The notes beneath the pieces are model-generated. The model made no database searches. It saw only the letters and a program-made list of their open reading frames with translations, and was not told where the DNA came from. DNA of 64,000 nt from NCBI GenBank assembly GCA_964057225.1, contig OZ059899.1:13826001-13890000 (forward strand), in the 5' to 3' direction. Both the position numbers and the translations under genes were made by a program. The DNA comes from Auanema rhodensis. Taxonomy: Eukaryota > Animalia > Nematoda. Shown in pieces: positions 36,501 to 50,454 of the stretch (within the stretch, counting starts at the first letter, position 1; each line of letters opens with the position of its first letter).

Positions 36501-39114
36501 AATGCTTATTTCAATTTTTTTTCTTTAATACTCACGTGTTAATAGTTCTATTTATATTCTCATCATCAACTAAAAGACTGAGTTTATAATTCTCAATGAA
36601 GCATTTATGATTTTATTTTGTTCCAAATTTGGAAAATTCCCGCCAACTTACGACGGAAAAAAACAAAAAAAAAACCAAAGAAGAAGAAGAAAAGTTTTCT
36701 TTTCATGCCGTTCCTGGAGGTGGAGATCCCCTAAGAGAAGAAGTTGGCTGACAAACGAACGCTTGGTACTTTACCTGTTCGGCTATAGTCTCCACACCAT
36801 TATCAGCTTCAGATCGGGAACACTATTTCGAAAATTTTCGATTTTTCTTCTTTCACAAGTCAGTTAGACAGATCACATCGACGTCATCTAAGCAGCTCAT
36901 TCTATATACATACATACGTTTTCTTCGCTATTGTTTCATATTTGCAGCCTTGGGTTGTAAATATTTTTGACCAATATGGTAGCAAAGACAAATCATTGAA
37001 ATCACAACTTTTCGCTATCTGCATCGTCCTTTTCATTGTTTGTATGTCGTCGTCTTTTCATCATCGTTGTCGATACCTTCTTAGTCTTCCGGAATTTAGT
37101 TTCAACACACACACAATCCAGTCAAGAAGTGTGTAAAACTTGCCAAAGACTTTCATGTTTCCAATGTTTTTTCAATAGCTATTAAAGGGAACGTTTTTGA
37201 TACAATAGACCCTGATGACCAGTCAGTCAACCTCCAACCTTTCATAATATCACACAAGGGCTTTGTCATGTATCATCATGAAACCCTCCTGAATCTCCTC
37301 CATCTTCTCTTCATACAGCTTTTCTCTATGAAATTGAAATTTAAGCTTAATTGATTCAAAAATTCCAATTTTTCCCTTCTCTTTCGCAATCGTGTCAGAG
37401 ATTACACACAGACAGAACTACTGAAAGTGACTACACATCTTCATCTTAGGCTATGTCCTGGCTACGTCCCTCTGTCGTCGTTGTCGTCGACGATTTGGAA
37501 CATTCAGCATTCACAATGTCTACTTGCCACCATTAGATCAGTTGACGATGGCCGTTCCAGCTTTCTTCGTTCCACATATGTCATTTGAAACCTTTTTTTC
37601 ATCAGAGTTCCAAACAATTACTATTCATCGATGTTTTTTTTTAATCAAAAAATACGATTTTTCTCAATATCATACGTGCAAAACTGCTACTCTTGTCAGT
37701 TTAGAATACATTACGAGTTTTGGCTTGTAAAAAGTGATAAGAGACTGATTATTACTATATCATCTAGTTAACGTAACTTTCATTTTATTTGTGACTTTGA
37801 TGACAAAAAAAATATTGTTCTTCTATACTTTTTCTCGATAATTCATCTTTTCTTAGAACCATCACACTGTTTCTCACTATCACAAGTCGACCACATCATC
37901 TTTCAACTGAAAAATTGAACAATTTGAGAGAAATTAGGGGAAACTTAAAGACATTCACGCGCATTCCACACATTTTTCAACAACACACGACCAATTTTTT
38001 TTCCAACAATTGTTCCATTTGACAGTTTTCAAACGCTTGCCTTAGGGTGCCTAGCGTTACCAATTATTAACTTGCAGCATTACCGATTATTAAACCAATC
38101 GTCAATACAGTTCCTACGTTCCTCTTTATTTCTACGTTACAGAACAATGAGAGAGACAAATGAATGAGAGATAGAGGAAATGAGGGAGAGAGAGAGAGAA
38201 TGAGAAAAAAAGTCAAAGAGGGAGAATGAAAGAAAAATGAAAAGTTAAAGAGAGAAAAGAGAGATAGCAAATGATCCTGAGAATGAGAGTGAAGGAACAG
38301 GAGAAATGGGAGGGTAGATCGACTGTCCATCAACTGCCTTCGGGGTTTTTTGACCGTAAAAGGGAAACTAATTCCGTTTTCGCTTTTACCGGGGCATGTG
38401 TATGATATGCCAGCAGTACAACATGCCTGTAAAGCTATATTTGCCTATACGTCACCATTGTTCCTCATACTGTTTCAGTTCAATTGCAATGTAACTGAGA
38501 TAACTCCCTATCTTTCTTCTCTCTCTCTCTCTCTCTTTCTTTCAATCTCATTCTTCTGTAACAATGTTTCAACTTTACTTCATTCTTTGAACATTCCATA
38601 TCGTCCTGCAGCCTATTTCCTTCTTATTAGAACCATTTCTTTGAAATTCTTTTAAAATCCTTCAGAGCTTTTATTAATATCTTCAAATAACTCCGCTGTT
38701 CCAAAATTATTGAAAGTGCAAGGTCATCTTCGGTCGTTGTTGTGTCTTCTTAGGGGGGCTTCTTCTGGGTCAAACCGTCATCAGTGACATGATGATTTCA
38801 ATTCTAACTTATCACCTTCATTTCTCTAAACTATTTATTTCATTTTTTATTGTTTTTCTGCCTAAAAAAAAACTTTTTTCGTATTTTTTCTTTGGGAAAT
38901 CCTTGTAAATGATCTTCTGACTGATACTTCATTTCGGCTAGTTCTATTTATATTCATTATTGAACATTTAGCTATTATCTTTCCATTTTTCTATTGCCAA
39001 TTAAAACATTTTGAACTTGATATACTACATTCAGATTAGATTTGTCATTGGTGAGCTCTCGACTTCGTCATCCTTTCCTGACACGTGTGCCGATCACGTC
39101 AGTTTCTACTCATA

Positions 39115-39732
39115 ATGCGTTATGGGCTATGTTTCTTTGTGATGATTTCATCAGTTTTCTTACAAACATTAGCTGAAGAAGAGAAATATTGTGTAACATG
39201 TAAAGTCAGTTCAAATATAATCTTTATATAATAACATATATGTAATAGTTAAGTTTTTTTATAATCTTAAGGCTCTTATGAATGATGCTATTGCATATTA
39301 TGGACAGAATATATCAACAGTTACTGAGCCATCACTAACAACAACAACATCATCATTATGCCGAAAATATTATATTGGCTTTGAAGAAGTTATCTGTAGA
39401 ATACTACTTCAAGTATGTTCTTTCTTTCATTATTTAATTAATTTACATATATACACGTGATTAATACACGTGATTCGCTTCACGTACACTTTCACGTATA
39501 CTTTCACGTGAACTCTCACGTACTATGATATTCATTCTCAAAAACTGTGGAACGCTAAGCGGTTGCATATCACTTCATTCTTATTCAAACATCTTGAATA
39601 GCACATTTTTCATTTTAGGTTAATGCTAGTGATTTGTTGAAAGCTCTACAAACTGGCGTATCAATAGATACAATTTGTGAAAAAGGAGGAGTATGTAATA
39701 ACAATGAATATTATCGACAACGGATACTTTAA
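39115..39732 (+). CDS. Secreted saposin-B-type protein (caenopore/spp-like), 3 exons
   Basis: Exons 39115-39204, 39272-39412, 39619-39732: MRYGLCFFVMISSVFLQTLA-EEEKYCVTCKALMNDAIAYY...LCRKYYIGFEEVICRILLQVNASDLLKALQTGVSIDTICEKGGVC; signal peptide plus six Cys in SapB spacing. Confidence 0.88.
39453..39524. promoter_or_regulatory. Intronic array of six CACGT(G/A) motifs
   Basis: CACGTG x3 and CACGTA x3 at ~12-14 bp spacing in intron 2 of the saposin gene. Confidence 0.55.
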
Positions 39733-40796
39733 TTTAAATATAATCCTTTTACTTTCTCTCTCTCTCTCTCTCTCTCAGCCATTTTTTGTGTGGGCAATCC
39801 CTGTAATGGACAGAAATACATTCCCATACTCTTCCCTCTATCCCTCTCTAATCACTTTCTCCTTCTCTCTTTCTCTTCTTTTCTTTCTCTCTACAAATTC
39901 TCAGAAAAGCCATGAGATTCTAGTCTTTTCAATCGCCACTGTATCGAACAGCATGATAACTCACTGATTGGTCAACGTATTTCACAAGTCATTTTTCCCT
40001 TTTTCTATATATTTTCTTCTCTCATTCAGCACATTAATTGCGATATTGATCTAAAAAAATTCCTATAATACCGTTCTCCAACCATACCAAACTCATCATC
40101 ATATCATACCAATTGGCTTTACACTCCATTCATCTGTCTCCAAAACTTCTTTATAAAATGCTTTTCACTTTTCACAAAACTTATTTTATAAATTAATATT
40201 TCTGTTTTTGTGAATTACGAATAAAATAAAGATTATGAGTATATAATCATTAAGAGAAGAAAGGCAACAATAATCAATGGATATTTATTTGAAACAATTG
40301 TATTACATAATATCCGAAATCAAATCTAGAAATTTACAAATCTTAATTGACGAAAATCTTTTATAAAGATGGTAAAAAAATATCCTAATACAAAATATAT
40401 ACATTTATTATTATTATTAGTAAAATGAACATATTATATCATAGAACATATTATTTAAAAACCGGTAACAGTCAATGATAAGCTCGTATTATATGGAAAT
40501 AAAGACTTCAAAGAAGAGTTTCAAACTTTCTCTCTCTATACTCTTAGAAGAGTAAAAGAGAAAGAGGCAGAGAGAGAGAGAAAGAAAATGAAAAAGACAG
40601 ATAGTTAATTGAGCTTTTAAACAAGAAAAGAAGACCCGTGTCTTTTTTTTTGAGTGCAATAGAAATGCCAAACATGAAGAGAAAAGAGAAGGAAAGACAG
40701 CATTTTCATCCTTTTTCCTGGCTTCTCTTACGATTCCGGGGGAAAAAAATCAAAGTGAGATGTATGCCTTCAGGGCATAGATTTCAGGACATGATC

Positions 40797-42336
40797 TTAC
40801 ACGTTTAAATGCTCATTGGATACGTAGAGGTATGGCTTTGGAGCACGTGTTGGTGGCAATGGTAAGAGGTCAATAGCTTCATAAGCAAAATAGCAATTAG
40901 AGGAATTGTTATGATTAGAACGAGAAGGAGTTGAAGTTGAAGTAGGAATAATTGCAGATGGACCTACGGCTGGACATGAGGTGGTACTCAGGCGATGAGT
41001 AGTATAGCGCTCGAATGTGTCTTCTCCTCTCATTGACATCATAGTTTCCTTTGCTGGCGGATGAACATGTTGATTATGATGATTCACTTTGCCTCCGAGA
41101 ATGCCTTGAGGATGCAAATCTACGGGCAATGAGTAAACCTAAGAGAAATCAACATTAATTCATCCAATTCGTATAGTTTCAAATGAAAATACCTTGTGAA
41201 CATATTGATTTGAATGAGAACGCTCATTCTGATGATAACGAGTCTGATCAGTCTGACGTCTACATTGAAGCCAATTCTCTAAACGCATTATTGGATGAAA
41301 AGCATCCCTGAAAAGCATTACTCATTAGATTAATCCAGGAAAAATTGTCAAAGTTCTTACCTGTGCACGCATAAGATTAGGAATATCAGAAATAGCAGAA
41401 CTCCTAAGAGCACGCCAAAGCAGATGAGAAGCAAAAGGCCAGGAAAACGATGCTCAACAATGTAATAATCCGATAACACCTCGTAAGGGCTAGCTGTTGG
41501 CTTTATCGGTCCTTTTAACTCATTGACACGGGTCACTACTTCAGACGGAACTGAAGTCGTCGGTGGAGTGCGAGTTGAGGTTGAAGAAGTTTCAGAAGAA
41601 GATGTTGCAACTTTAGCAGATACGAACACTGAAAACAATCACAATAAACTGATTCATCTTCAAAATGCTAGATCTTATACTCTCAAAATGTAATTAAAAA
41701 TCCTTTAAAGCTTAATTTAAAACTTAAAACTTACTCATATCACAATTGGAACCAGTCCATCCAGATGAACAAATTTTCATTCCCATATCAGAGCATTGAT
41801 AATGTCCAATATGATCATCTCGTGAACGACAGAATTTCAAACAACGTGGACCATATAAACCTCTGGAAAAAATTCAATTTTCATTCGAAATTTGAAAAAA
41901 ATTCAAAACTTACGGTGCACATATTGATCGATAATGAACATGTGTTTGGAAAAGTTCAAAGTATTCAGAATTCCATGTACGTTCAGTATCTAGTGTTCGG
42001 CTGATGTAACGGAAAGGAACTTCAGGCAATGATAAGGAAATTGATATTTTTTCCTAAAATATTAATAATAATAAACAAAAATAATATATATGAAACATAC
42101 ATTTTCTTTAAATGGTCCAATTACAAAGGTGGAATTGCCAACTTTCTGAACCGTATGTCTGGGATAGTTGAGGACTAACGACTCATGAGATGATGACAGA
42201 CGCATTTCAACAAAGAAATTTGGAGTAATCTACAATAAAATAAATATAATTATATGTATATAGAGTTAAAATATATTAAACTAACCGTATAAGCAATTGG
42301 AAATGATGTAAAGATGAGTAACCATGTTGTAATCAT
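40797..42336 (-). CDS. DSL-domain type I membrane protein (Notch-ligand family) lacking EGF repeats
   Basis: Signal MITTWLLIFTSFPIAYT; DSL CAPGLYGPRCLKFCRSRDDHIGHYQCSDMGMKICSSGWTGSNC; Ser/Thr stalk; TM PGLLLLICFGVLLGVLLFLIFLILCV; cytoplasmic tail ending EHLNV*. Confidence 0.85.
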
Positions 42337-43580
42337 AGTTGCAAGTGTATTAGTAAAGATGGAGTAGGAAGGAGGATGTTAGAATATCTTCAAAAATTGA
42401 TAGAGAATATCTGTTTTCTTCTAATATTCTTCAAATCTATAAATATATGAATGAAGCTAATTATTTACATATAAATTAAGAACAAAAATAAAATATAATC
42501 CGTAATATATAGCAAAGGTTTGCTTTTGTTTTTTTTCCAAACAAAACACAAAATAAGATGTAGAATGATGAGATGAGAACGAAAATAAATACAAAAAAAA
42601 AGTCTTTTTTGATCAGCAAAATGATCTAATGAGTGTGTAGTTAGGTTATAAATATGATTTTTCAATAATCAACTGAGATGTATATTGACTACATGAGATA
42701 AGTAGGCGGAGCTACAATAGAGCCACGCCCACAAGATGTTTTATGTTTTTGGATTAGCCGCCAATGTTCGAATGATGTCGGCATGAGTGATGGAGCAGTA
42801 TGCCGGCATATCTAGAGAATATGAAAAGTTCATTTATAGTATGTATGTAATCGGAAGGATTAAAGGATATGTTGTCTTAATTAGGCTGGTAATGAAGCAA
42901 GTGTCTTGATTATGAACTATGACACTTGCGTGAAAGGAAACCGAGAATTGCCTGTGGTTATATGTTGGCAGGTTATTATGAACGTGTTATCAACAAGTTT
43001 CTAAATACTAATTATGAGTTCATATTAACATGTATATTCAGTATTGTTAATTTGATCTATGTTAAATACAAAATAAATATAGTTGATTATATGATTTATT
43101 TATGAATTATATTCTTTCAATATTGTATTCTTATACGACAAAATCATATAGTTACGACAAGTTGTATGAAAAACCAATATATAATAGTAATTAGCATATA
43201 TCGTATTACGTCATGTAAGAATTAAATGACGTATAATTCATTTTCAAACGCTTGATTGTGATAAGTGGTTGCATTTACTATTTCAATTCCGAATTATTCG
43301 AAACTTTATAGAAAGGTAATATCAATATAATATGTTATAATACAAACTATATATATATAAACTATAATATTGTATAGTTAAATATAGTTAAGTTATTTTT
43401 ATCGAATTTATTGGAATAGTTTTAAATAATTTATTTCAAAACATGTACATAAAACGATTTGTTGCTTTCTTTCAAACAATATATACTCAGTAAAATCAAT
43501 AAAAGATGAGAACAATAATTAGAAAATGACATATGATTCAGAATTTCTTCTTCAAAATGTTTAATAATAAGAAGAACAAC

Positions 43581-46500
43581 TCAGAATGAAGGCTTTGATA
43601 CACTATAGCGTAACGATGAAATGGAGCGCTTTGATGAAAACTTCCTTTCTCGACGACGACCACATCGTAGAATTGTGAAAATTGCATCAAAGATGAGAAT
43701 GGCTAACTATAATTTCAATTATATAGATTTGATATGATATATAGTTAGTCTTACTTCCATAATAGTGATGACACTAACACCCATCCATAAACCAAGCTGA
43801 CCACCGAAATCAGATAATAAGTTTGACCACCCGTAAGCTTCACTTTCCATGAGAGATTCATAATTTAGTTGCTCAAAAAATACTTCAATCATAGCTCCTT
43901 GTTCTCTATAAACATAATATTATAATTTATATGATATAGTTATAGCATAAAATGATTAAAAACCTTTTGTACATCAGACAGTGTTGTGGAGCCATTCCAA
44001 CAGGACAGCCTGTCTGATCTCCCGGTACAGCTGGCCAACGTGAAGCTGAATACGATACCGTATAGACATCTTGTCTGAAATATTAGATTACTATAAAATA
44101 TAGTATACAATATAGTTAATTATTATATATTTTATAATATATAAATGTGTTTAACAACTTGATTTTGGAAAGAAATATTACCTGCAAGGCTGTCTACAAT
44201 GACATCCAATTTCTTTCGAATTCCTCATAGCATATAGTATTTGTTCTTTAATACAGCTACCTAAAAATATAAAAATATTTAATTAAAATATAAAATATTA
44301 TAACAAACGTTTATTTGGATCATCAACTGGACAATTCTTTGTTTCTCGATATGGTGGAAAGCGAGGATCTCCACATCCACATGATAATGCCAAATGCCTT
44401 TGTATACAACTTCGTTGACAACCCTTAATCAATTCGATTTTTAAAAATTTTTTTTTGGAATTATTCTAATTAAAAAATTTTTTTTTAAAATTCAATTACC
44501 TCTGTACTATATTGTTTATCCAAATAAATAAAATCGGCGTCTTTGCCTTCTTCTATACAATCACCATATGGTGCAGATTTTCTTGTCATTGATTTCTAAA
44601 AACAAATTTTTTTCTAAAATTTTAAATATTTATACATTAAATTAGCATAAATATAATATTATATGTCATACCAATCGTATTCCAAAACTACTAACAAATC
44701 CTGTTGGAGCTGAATATCCCAGTGTATCCGGAAATGGCTGCTCATCATGTGAATGTACTGTCAATCGTACACCAGCAGCTTCAGTTGTTGGAAGATATTC
44801 CGTTACATTCAGAAATACTTCCAATCGCAATCCTATATTTCAATATTTATTGATTATTTTATGTTCAAAAAAAAAAAATTATATTTACTATGTGTCTTAT
44901 CATAATTGACCTAAATTTTCAAAAAATTAGTGTGAACTACTGACATCACACTAAGTAAAGTGTTAAAATGCTAAAGGATTTCTTAAAATATTTTAGAAAA
45001 TTTATGAACTTTGAATTAAATTTAATATAAAATTATAATTATTCATAAATCTTTATACATATAGTTAATATATTACTAACCATATGCTTGACCAGCTCTT
45101 TCATTAGTCATGTTATCATATTTACTTGCCGTATAGGTAAAACATGCTCCGTATGTTGGATCAAGATATGAATGAAAATCACTAAAATATTATAATAATT
45201 AGTAATAATATTATATAAATAGTTATAATAACTCACGCATCTACATGACATTCTTTACCATTAAATGAGCATTTAACTATAAAATCTGACTTATTATAAC
45301 TAATTGCCCATTTTTCGTCTTCTTGCAACTGGTCGACAGCAAAAATAATATTTTCCATGGCTTTCGTCTTCAGAGCAATAGGATCAGTTACTCCCTGCAA
45401 AAATATTTAGTATGAAACTTAATTCTATACATTTTAAATTAGCATAATTAGTATATAGTATACCGCATATCCATAAGCTTTTTCTCGATCCTGCTTCTTC
45501 TTTTGCACGGGTGACACAGTCGTTGTTGGCTGCAGATCCCAAAAATTAACAATTCGATCAGCTAAAGTATAAATATTTTTTCAAATAATCTTTATAAAAT
45601 TATTGTAATTTTTTATATTTACATATAGCTAAGTTATAAATATATTTTAATGCATACATAATTAGCATATTTATCGAAATGACGTGAAATATTTCACGTA
45701 AATTCAATAGGATACTTATCATTCATTTTCATTTAAAATGTTTTTATTGAACGGTTGTTCTCATTATTCGTTTCTTTTTCATTGTTGTCTTCTCAAAAAC
45801 TTGGATGTAACATACCTAACTGAGTTACATTGCCTTCCGGTGATTCAATTCTTACACACATTCTTATCGGCATCGCACAAAAACAATCAACTTTAGCTTT
45901 CTTTTGCTCATCAGCATATGAACAATCACCAAATGTACTACATCTAAACAGAACGAATTAGTTTTTAAACGAATTCAATAATAAAGTAAGTAGCAAAAAA
46001 AAAAAGAAAAAAAAAACAAAATGACAAATGTGCAAACTTAGTGCATTTGCGTTCTTTCCAGTCAGTTTCGGGATAGCATGGCCAAATCTGCTCGTTTTTC
46101 TTGTTATAAAAGCATAAACAAGTTTTCGTACTTGTACTATTTATATCCTATAGTTACGATTATATATTATTAATTTAATAATTATTTTTTTCTTCTTTTC
46201 TTTTACCTTTATAGCATTACATCCAGTGCTTTGTGTACAGGTGCAGCGACTATATACAGCTAATAAGCCTTCATAATGACTCAAAATTCGCTCATAAATA
46301 CGCTGCTTGTGAGCCTGGCGTCGTACAAGAACCTGAATGTGAGCATTATGATTATGTAATTTGAATTATCGCAATTTGATTCATACACTAGCTTCGGATT
46401 GCGGTGATGCTGTTGTTGAGATGGTGATTTCACGGCGTTGACGCATCGAAGATGCTGACGTCTGAACAGCAAAACAATTCGATTCATCATCACACATGCA

Positions 46501-48343
46501 CTGATCATCAGGCTCAAGTGTATATGATCGATGACATCTGTAATATATATTAGTTATGCTAACTATAGAACAAAAATGTTCTTGTGCTGCTCTTTTACTT
46601 AAACCATTACTTACCGTCCCCACCAATCACATGAATGACATCCTGCTAGTATCCAATCTTCTTTTCGAGCACAAAATGAACTTGCATATGACGTCATGGC
46701 CGATTCAGAAGGCTTTTCCGGATGCAAGCAGTAACATTCATCCGTTGATGTTGTATTTGGGATAACAGATGGACACTGTGTTTCGTAAATATGAAGTGGC
46801 CACCGTCCATTAACCTGCAAATATGTATTCAACGATTGATGTCTATGAGACTTGAAAGCCTGACAAACCTTCTCAAATCCTTTGGCTTCTATGCAGAAAT
46901 TTGAAGAACATAAGCATGGTAGATGTGAATTATTAAAAAATTCATCAGCATTCTCACATATTCCATGATCACAGTTAGCACATGATTTAATTTGAAAATC
47001 ATCTGATGGCTGACAATTCCAATAAAATGATTCCTGAGAGAAATGTAAGCAAATCTAAAAATAAGCATTATCTATTAACTATATGTATATAATTAATAGA
47101 ATACATACACATTTTGTAGCTAAATTATCATCTGTTGGTGAATAATATCCATTTTCATCTGATCTACAATACACATAAGCTGTTTTAACTACAGCCTCCT
47201 CTATCCATCTATAAATATTTTTTTTGGTTTATGCTCAGCACCTTTCACATTGAAAATCAAGAAAAAAGGTTTTTTTTTAATTTTTTACTGTTTAGAATTA
47301 TGAAAAAATGCCCTTTCAAGGAAGTTCAAATGTGTTCAACTTAATTATGTATGAATGCTATACCTAACCTTCGTGAGCGTGAAGGGCCAGACTGATCTGG
47401 AACCCGATGACTACTACGCTCTATTGCCAATTCAAATGATTCTAACTGAAATTGAAAATTTATTTTTCTGCAAAAATAAATAAATAAATATATATATATA
47501 TATATCTGCATATATATATATAATTAAAATTAAAATTATAATTCAAAATATTTGATTATAAATATATAATTATTGAAAATGAATAGAAAATATAACAAAC
47601 CGCTGATTTGATAGCGCTTGATTGACGAGCTAATGAATTCTTATAAGGATTTATATTACAAACAGTAACAGCTGGAAATTTAATTTGTTCAAATTTAATT
47701 TCCACACCAACAATGATATCATTTCTGAAAGAATATAGTTGATGATGTATTCTCTGAGGATTTTTATTTTATTTTGTTTCTCGTGCAGTTTAAGCTCAAT
47801 GTGCCTGCCCTTCTTGAGACATGAGACCAAAACATAAACCAAAATATTATGGGATGTTCAAGACATATCATATATCATCAACCTGTCTGAGAATTCAGTT
47901 AAGAAATCTTTAGTTTTGGGGTTGGAAAAAAACTCAAAAGGGCATACAGAATTGCAGGGAAGTACTTGTTTCAAGATAACTCAGGTGTTATTACTTATTA
48001 AATTTTTCAATTATCCAATAGGCTTGAAAGGCGAAGCAGGTTAAACATAAGAAGAAAAGCAAGAGCCAAAGCTTTCTTCGTATACCTTCTGACTCATATG
48101 CTCGAGGAATACCATGTGAACTGAAATAATTTATTATCAAAATACATGCATATATCTATATATGTACAAGAAGATCTTGTTGTTGTTGCCATTATTTTCT
48201 TACTTTTTCGAATAAAAAAATTAAAATAATAGTGAATTTGAATGAATTACATTCAAATTACAATTGAAAGAAGAGCTTGAAAACTTTTTTTTCGTGTTAG
48301 CTATGTATAGTTGTAACAGCAAATGTAACAAGAAATTCTTTTT

Positions 48344-48381
<38 letters not shown>

Positions 48382-48391
48382 TCTCTCTCTC

Positions 48392-48444
<53 letters not shown>

Positions 48445-48610
48445 CTTCTCTCTCTATATTCTCTATTTCACCTCTTTCAGTAACTTCTTTTGAAAAATTA
48501 ACATAAAAAACACAGAATATAAAACATTACCTTGTATGTGAAGCAAAATCGACCCAATCCAAAATAAGGCTTTTTCGAATTCGATTAATCCAAACTCTAC
48601 ACGATACCAT
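43581..48610 (-). CDS. asic-1: DEG/ENaC sodium channel subunit
   Basis: [107 protein letters not shown]; closest to my recollection of C. elegans ASIC-1. Family certain, orthology less so. Confidence 0.88.
48347..48454. repeat. Imperfect (CT)n microsatellite in the first asic-1 intron
   Basis: Direct inspection. Confidence 0.95.
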
Positions 48611-48835
48611 TGTTACTGATTCATCTGAAACTTGAAACAAAATGTATAAGCTATAACAGAAGATTCGATGTGAACGAAGGAAGAGCAGGATGAGGAGGTG
48701 GAGGAGGAGCAACACAGCAAGAAACATTCGACACAAGCAAGAGCAAGAAGCTCATTTATAACAAGACTAAACACAAGTTTCTTGGTGCATGCCATCAGGA
48801 GTCATGGTGGTTGAACAAGAACATTGAAAGAGTGC

Positions 48836-48838
<3 letters not shown>

Positions 48839-48892
<54 letters not shown>
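48839..48892. repeat. (GA)n microsatellite followed by a G-run
   Basis: Direct inspection. Confidence 0.95.
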
Positions 48893-49787
48893 TGTTGAAA
48901 AAGGGAAAAGCTACATTAGCCTAACATATAGCAAGGAAGCTAGTGATCAAACGAGAATAGTGCGGTGATGGTAATGGGCTCATCTTGAGCTAATTATATT
49001 TCTAAGAAACAATAATATTTTATAGTTAATTTTATGGAAATTATTATAGTTAGTATAGTATAGTACTATTGTTCTGAATTGTTTTTCAATATGTATATGA
49101 ATATGGACAGTACTTTTAATAATTTCGATTCATTAAAAGAATTATTATTCAATTTATATGATATAGTTAAGACAATATAATATATGAAAATTGAACATAA
49201 AGATTAAGCAAAAAAAAAAAACTTGAAAAACTGAAAAGTTGGTAATGCGTTCCATGCGAATACGATGAAAAGAGACATTTCTTTCAAACATTTTCCGGAT
49301 ATATCAGTATTGTCTCATATTGAACAACAAATTTCTCTGAAAAACTAATAATTTCAACATAATAAACAATGAAAATGTTTAAAAAATGAAGGAAAAAACT
49401 ACTTTTTGCGGTATCACATAAGAGCAAAAGCTGAAGCAGGCATAAGAGACAAAACGAAAACCAGATTGATGGTCTGCTACACATGGAAGAAAGCTTTTGC
49501 TATTTTTTAGTTTATGGTAAGATTAGCTCAACAAAAAGCAGAGAAAAAAAGGAAAAAAAGAAACAAAATATATGAAAGGTCTTAACCCAAAATAGTTTTA
49601 TAATCTTGAGCCATTTTTATGAGATTATTTTGACCATTTTTTAGGGTTAGACTTCTCTCTTCTAGACCACCACCCTCTCAACATCTTACTTACTTACTTA
49701 CTCACTCACTTTCTTATATGCCCACACACCCACTTTTCACATGTCTTAGTCTGTTGTCTCTGTTCCTCCCTCTTAATTTTTTTGTGA

Positions 49788-49795
49788 CTCTCTCT

Positions 49796-49853
<58 letters not shown>

Positions 49854-49864
49854 CTCTCTCTCTC
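49788..49864. repeat. (CT)n microsatellite
   Basis: Direct inspection. Confidence 0.95.
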
Positions 49865-50383
49865 TTTTAAGAATTATATACTTCTATTACAATTCGTAGT
49901 GAGTAGGAAGTAAAAATAGTAAATTAAAGGTTTCTTTGAAAAAGAAAAAATAATATTTCAAGACTAATCATCATATTTTTGCATTTTGAAAATAAACAAA
50001 GTCATTTATCTGCGCAGTAAAAGAAACAAATGTTGGCTTTGGTTTAGGTTTAAAATTGAAATTGAAATAGGTATACACAGAGTAATTTCCAAGAAAAGGA
50101 GGGTAGAGAGAGAAAGAGAGGGGGAGAGAGAGAGGGAGGGGATAGGTTTAGAAGGTAGATCTATGAGAGAATAGAAAAAGTTATATTGAGCACATTCTGT
50201 TTTTGAACTTTGAATCTTTAGATCCTTAAATTACAATAAAAGAAAAATGATTGAACTGAATGATACTCTCTTTACTACAATTATAGATTTTTTCTTTTCC
50301 GTTTCGGATAACGATGATCTATCATTTCTAACCATAATTACACATCTGAATTATAGTACAATGAGACGGAAATATTTGAAAAA

Positions 50384-50391
<8 letters not shown>

Positions 50392-50450
<59 letters not shown>
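50392..50450. repeat. Perfect (CT)n microsatellite
   Basis: Direct inspection. Confidence 0.95.

Positions 50451-50454
<4 letters not shown>

Noticed and set aside
15210-42336. aph-2 and the DSL gene as a Notch-pathway cluster
   Set aside because: Over 22 kb apart, opposite strands, unrelated genes between; chance is sufficient.
45682-45699. 18-bp palindrome ACGTGAAATATTTCACGT in an asic-1 intron
   Set aside because: Isolated, AT-rich core, no other supporting feature.
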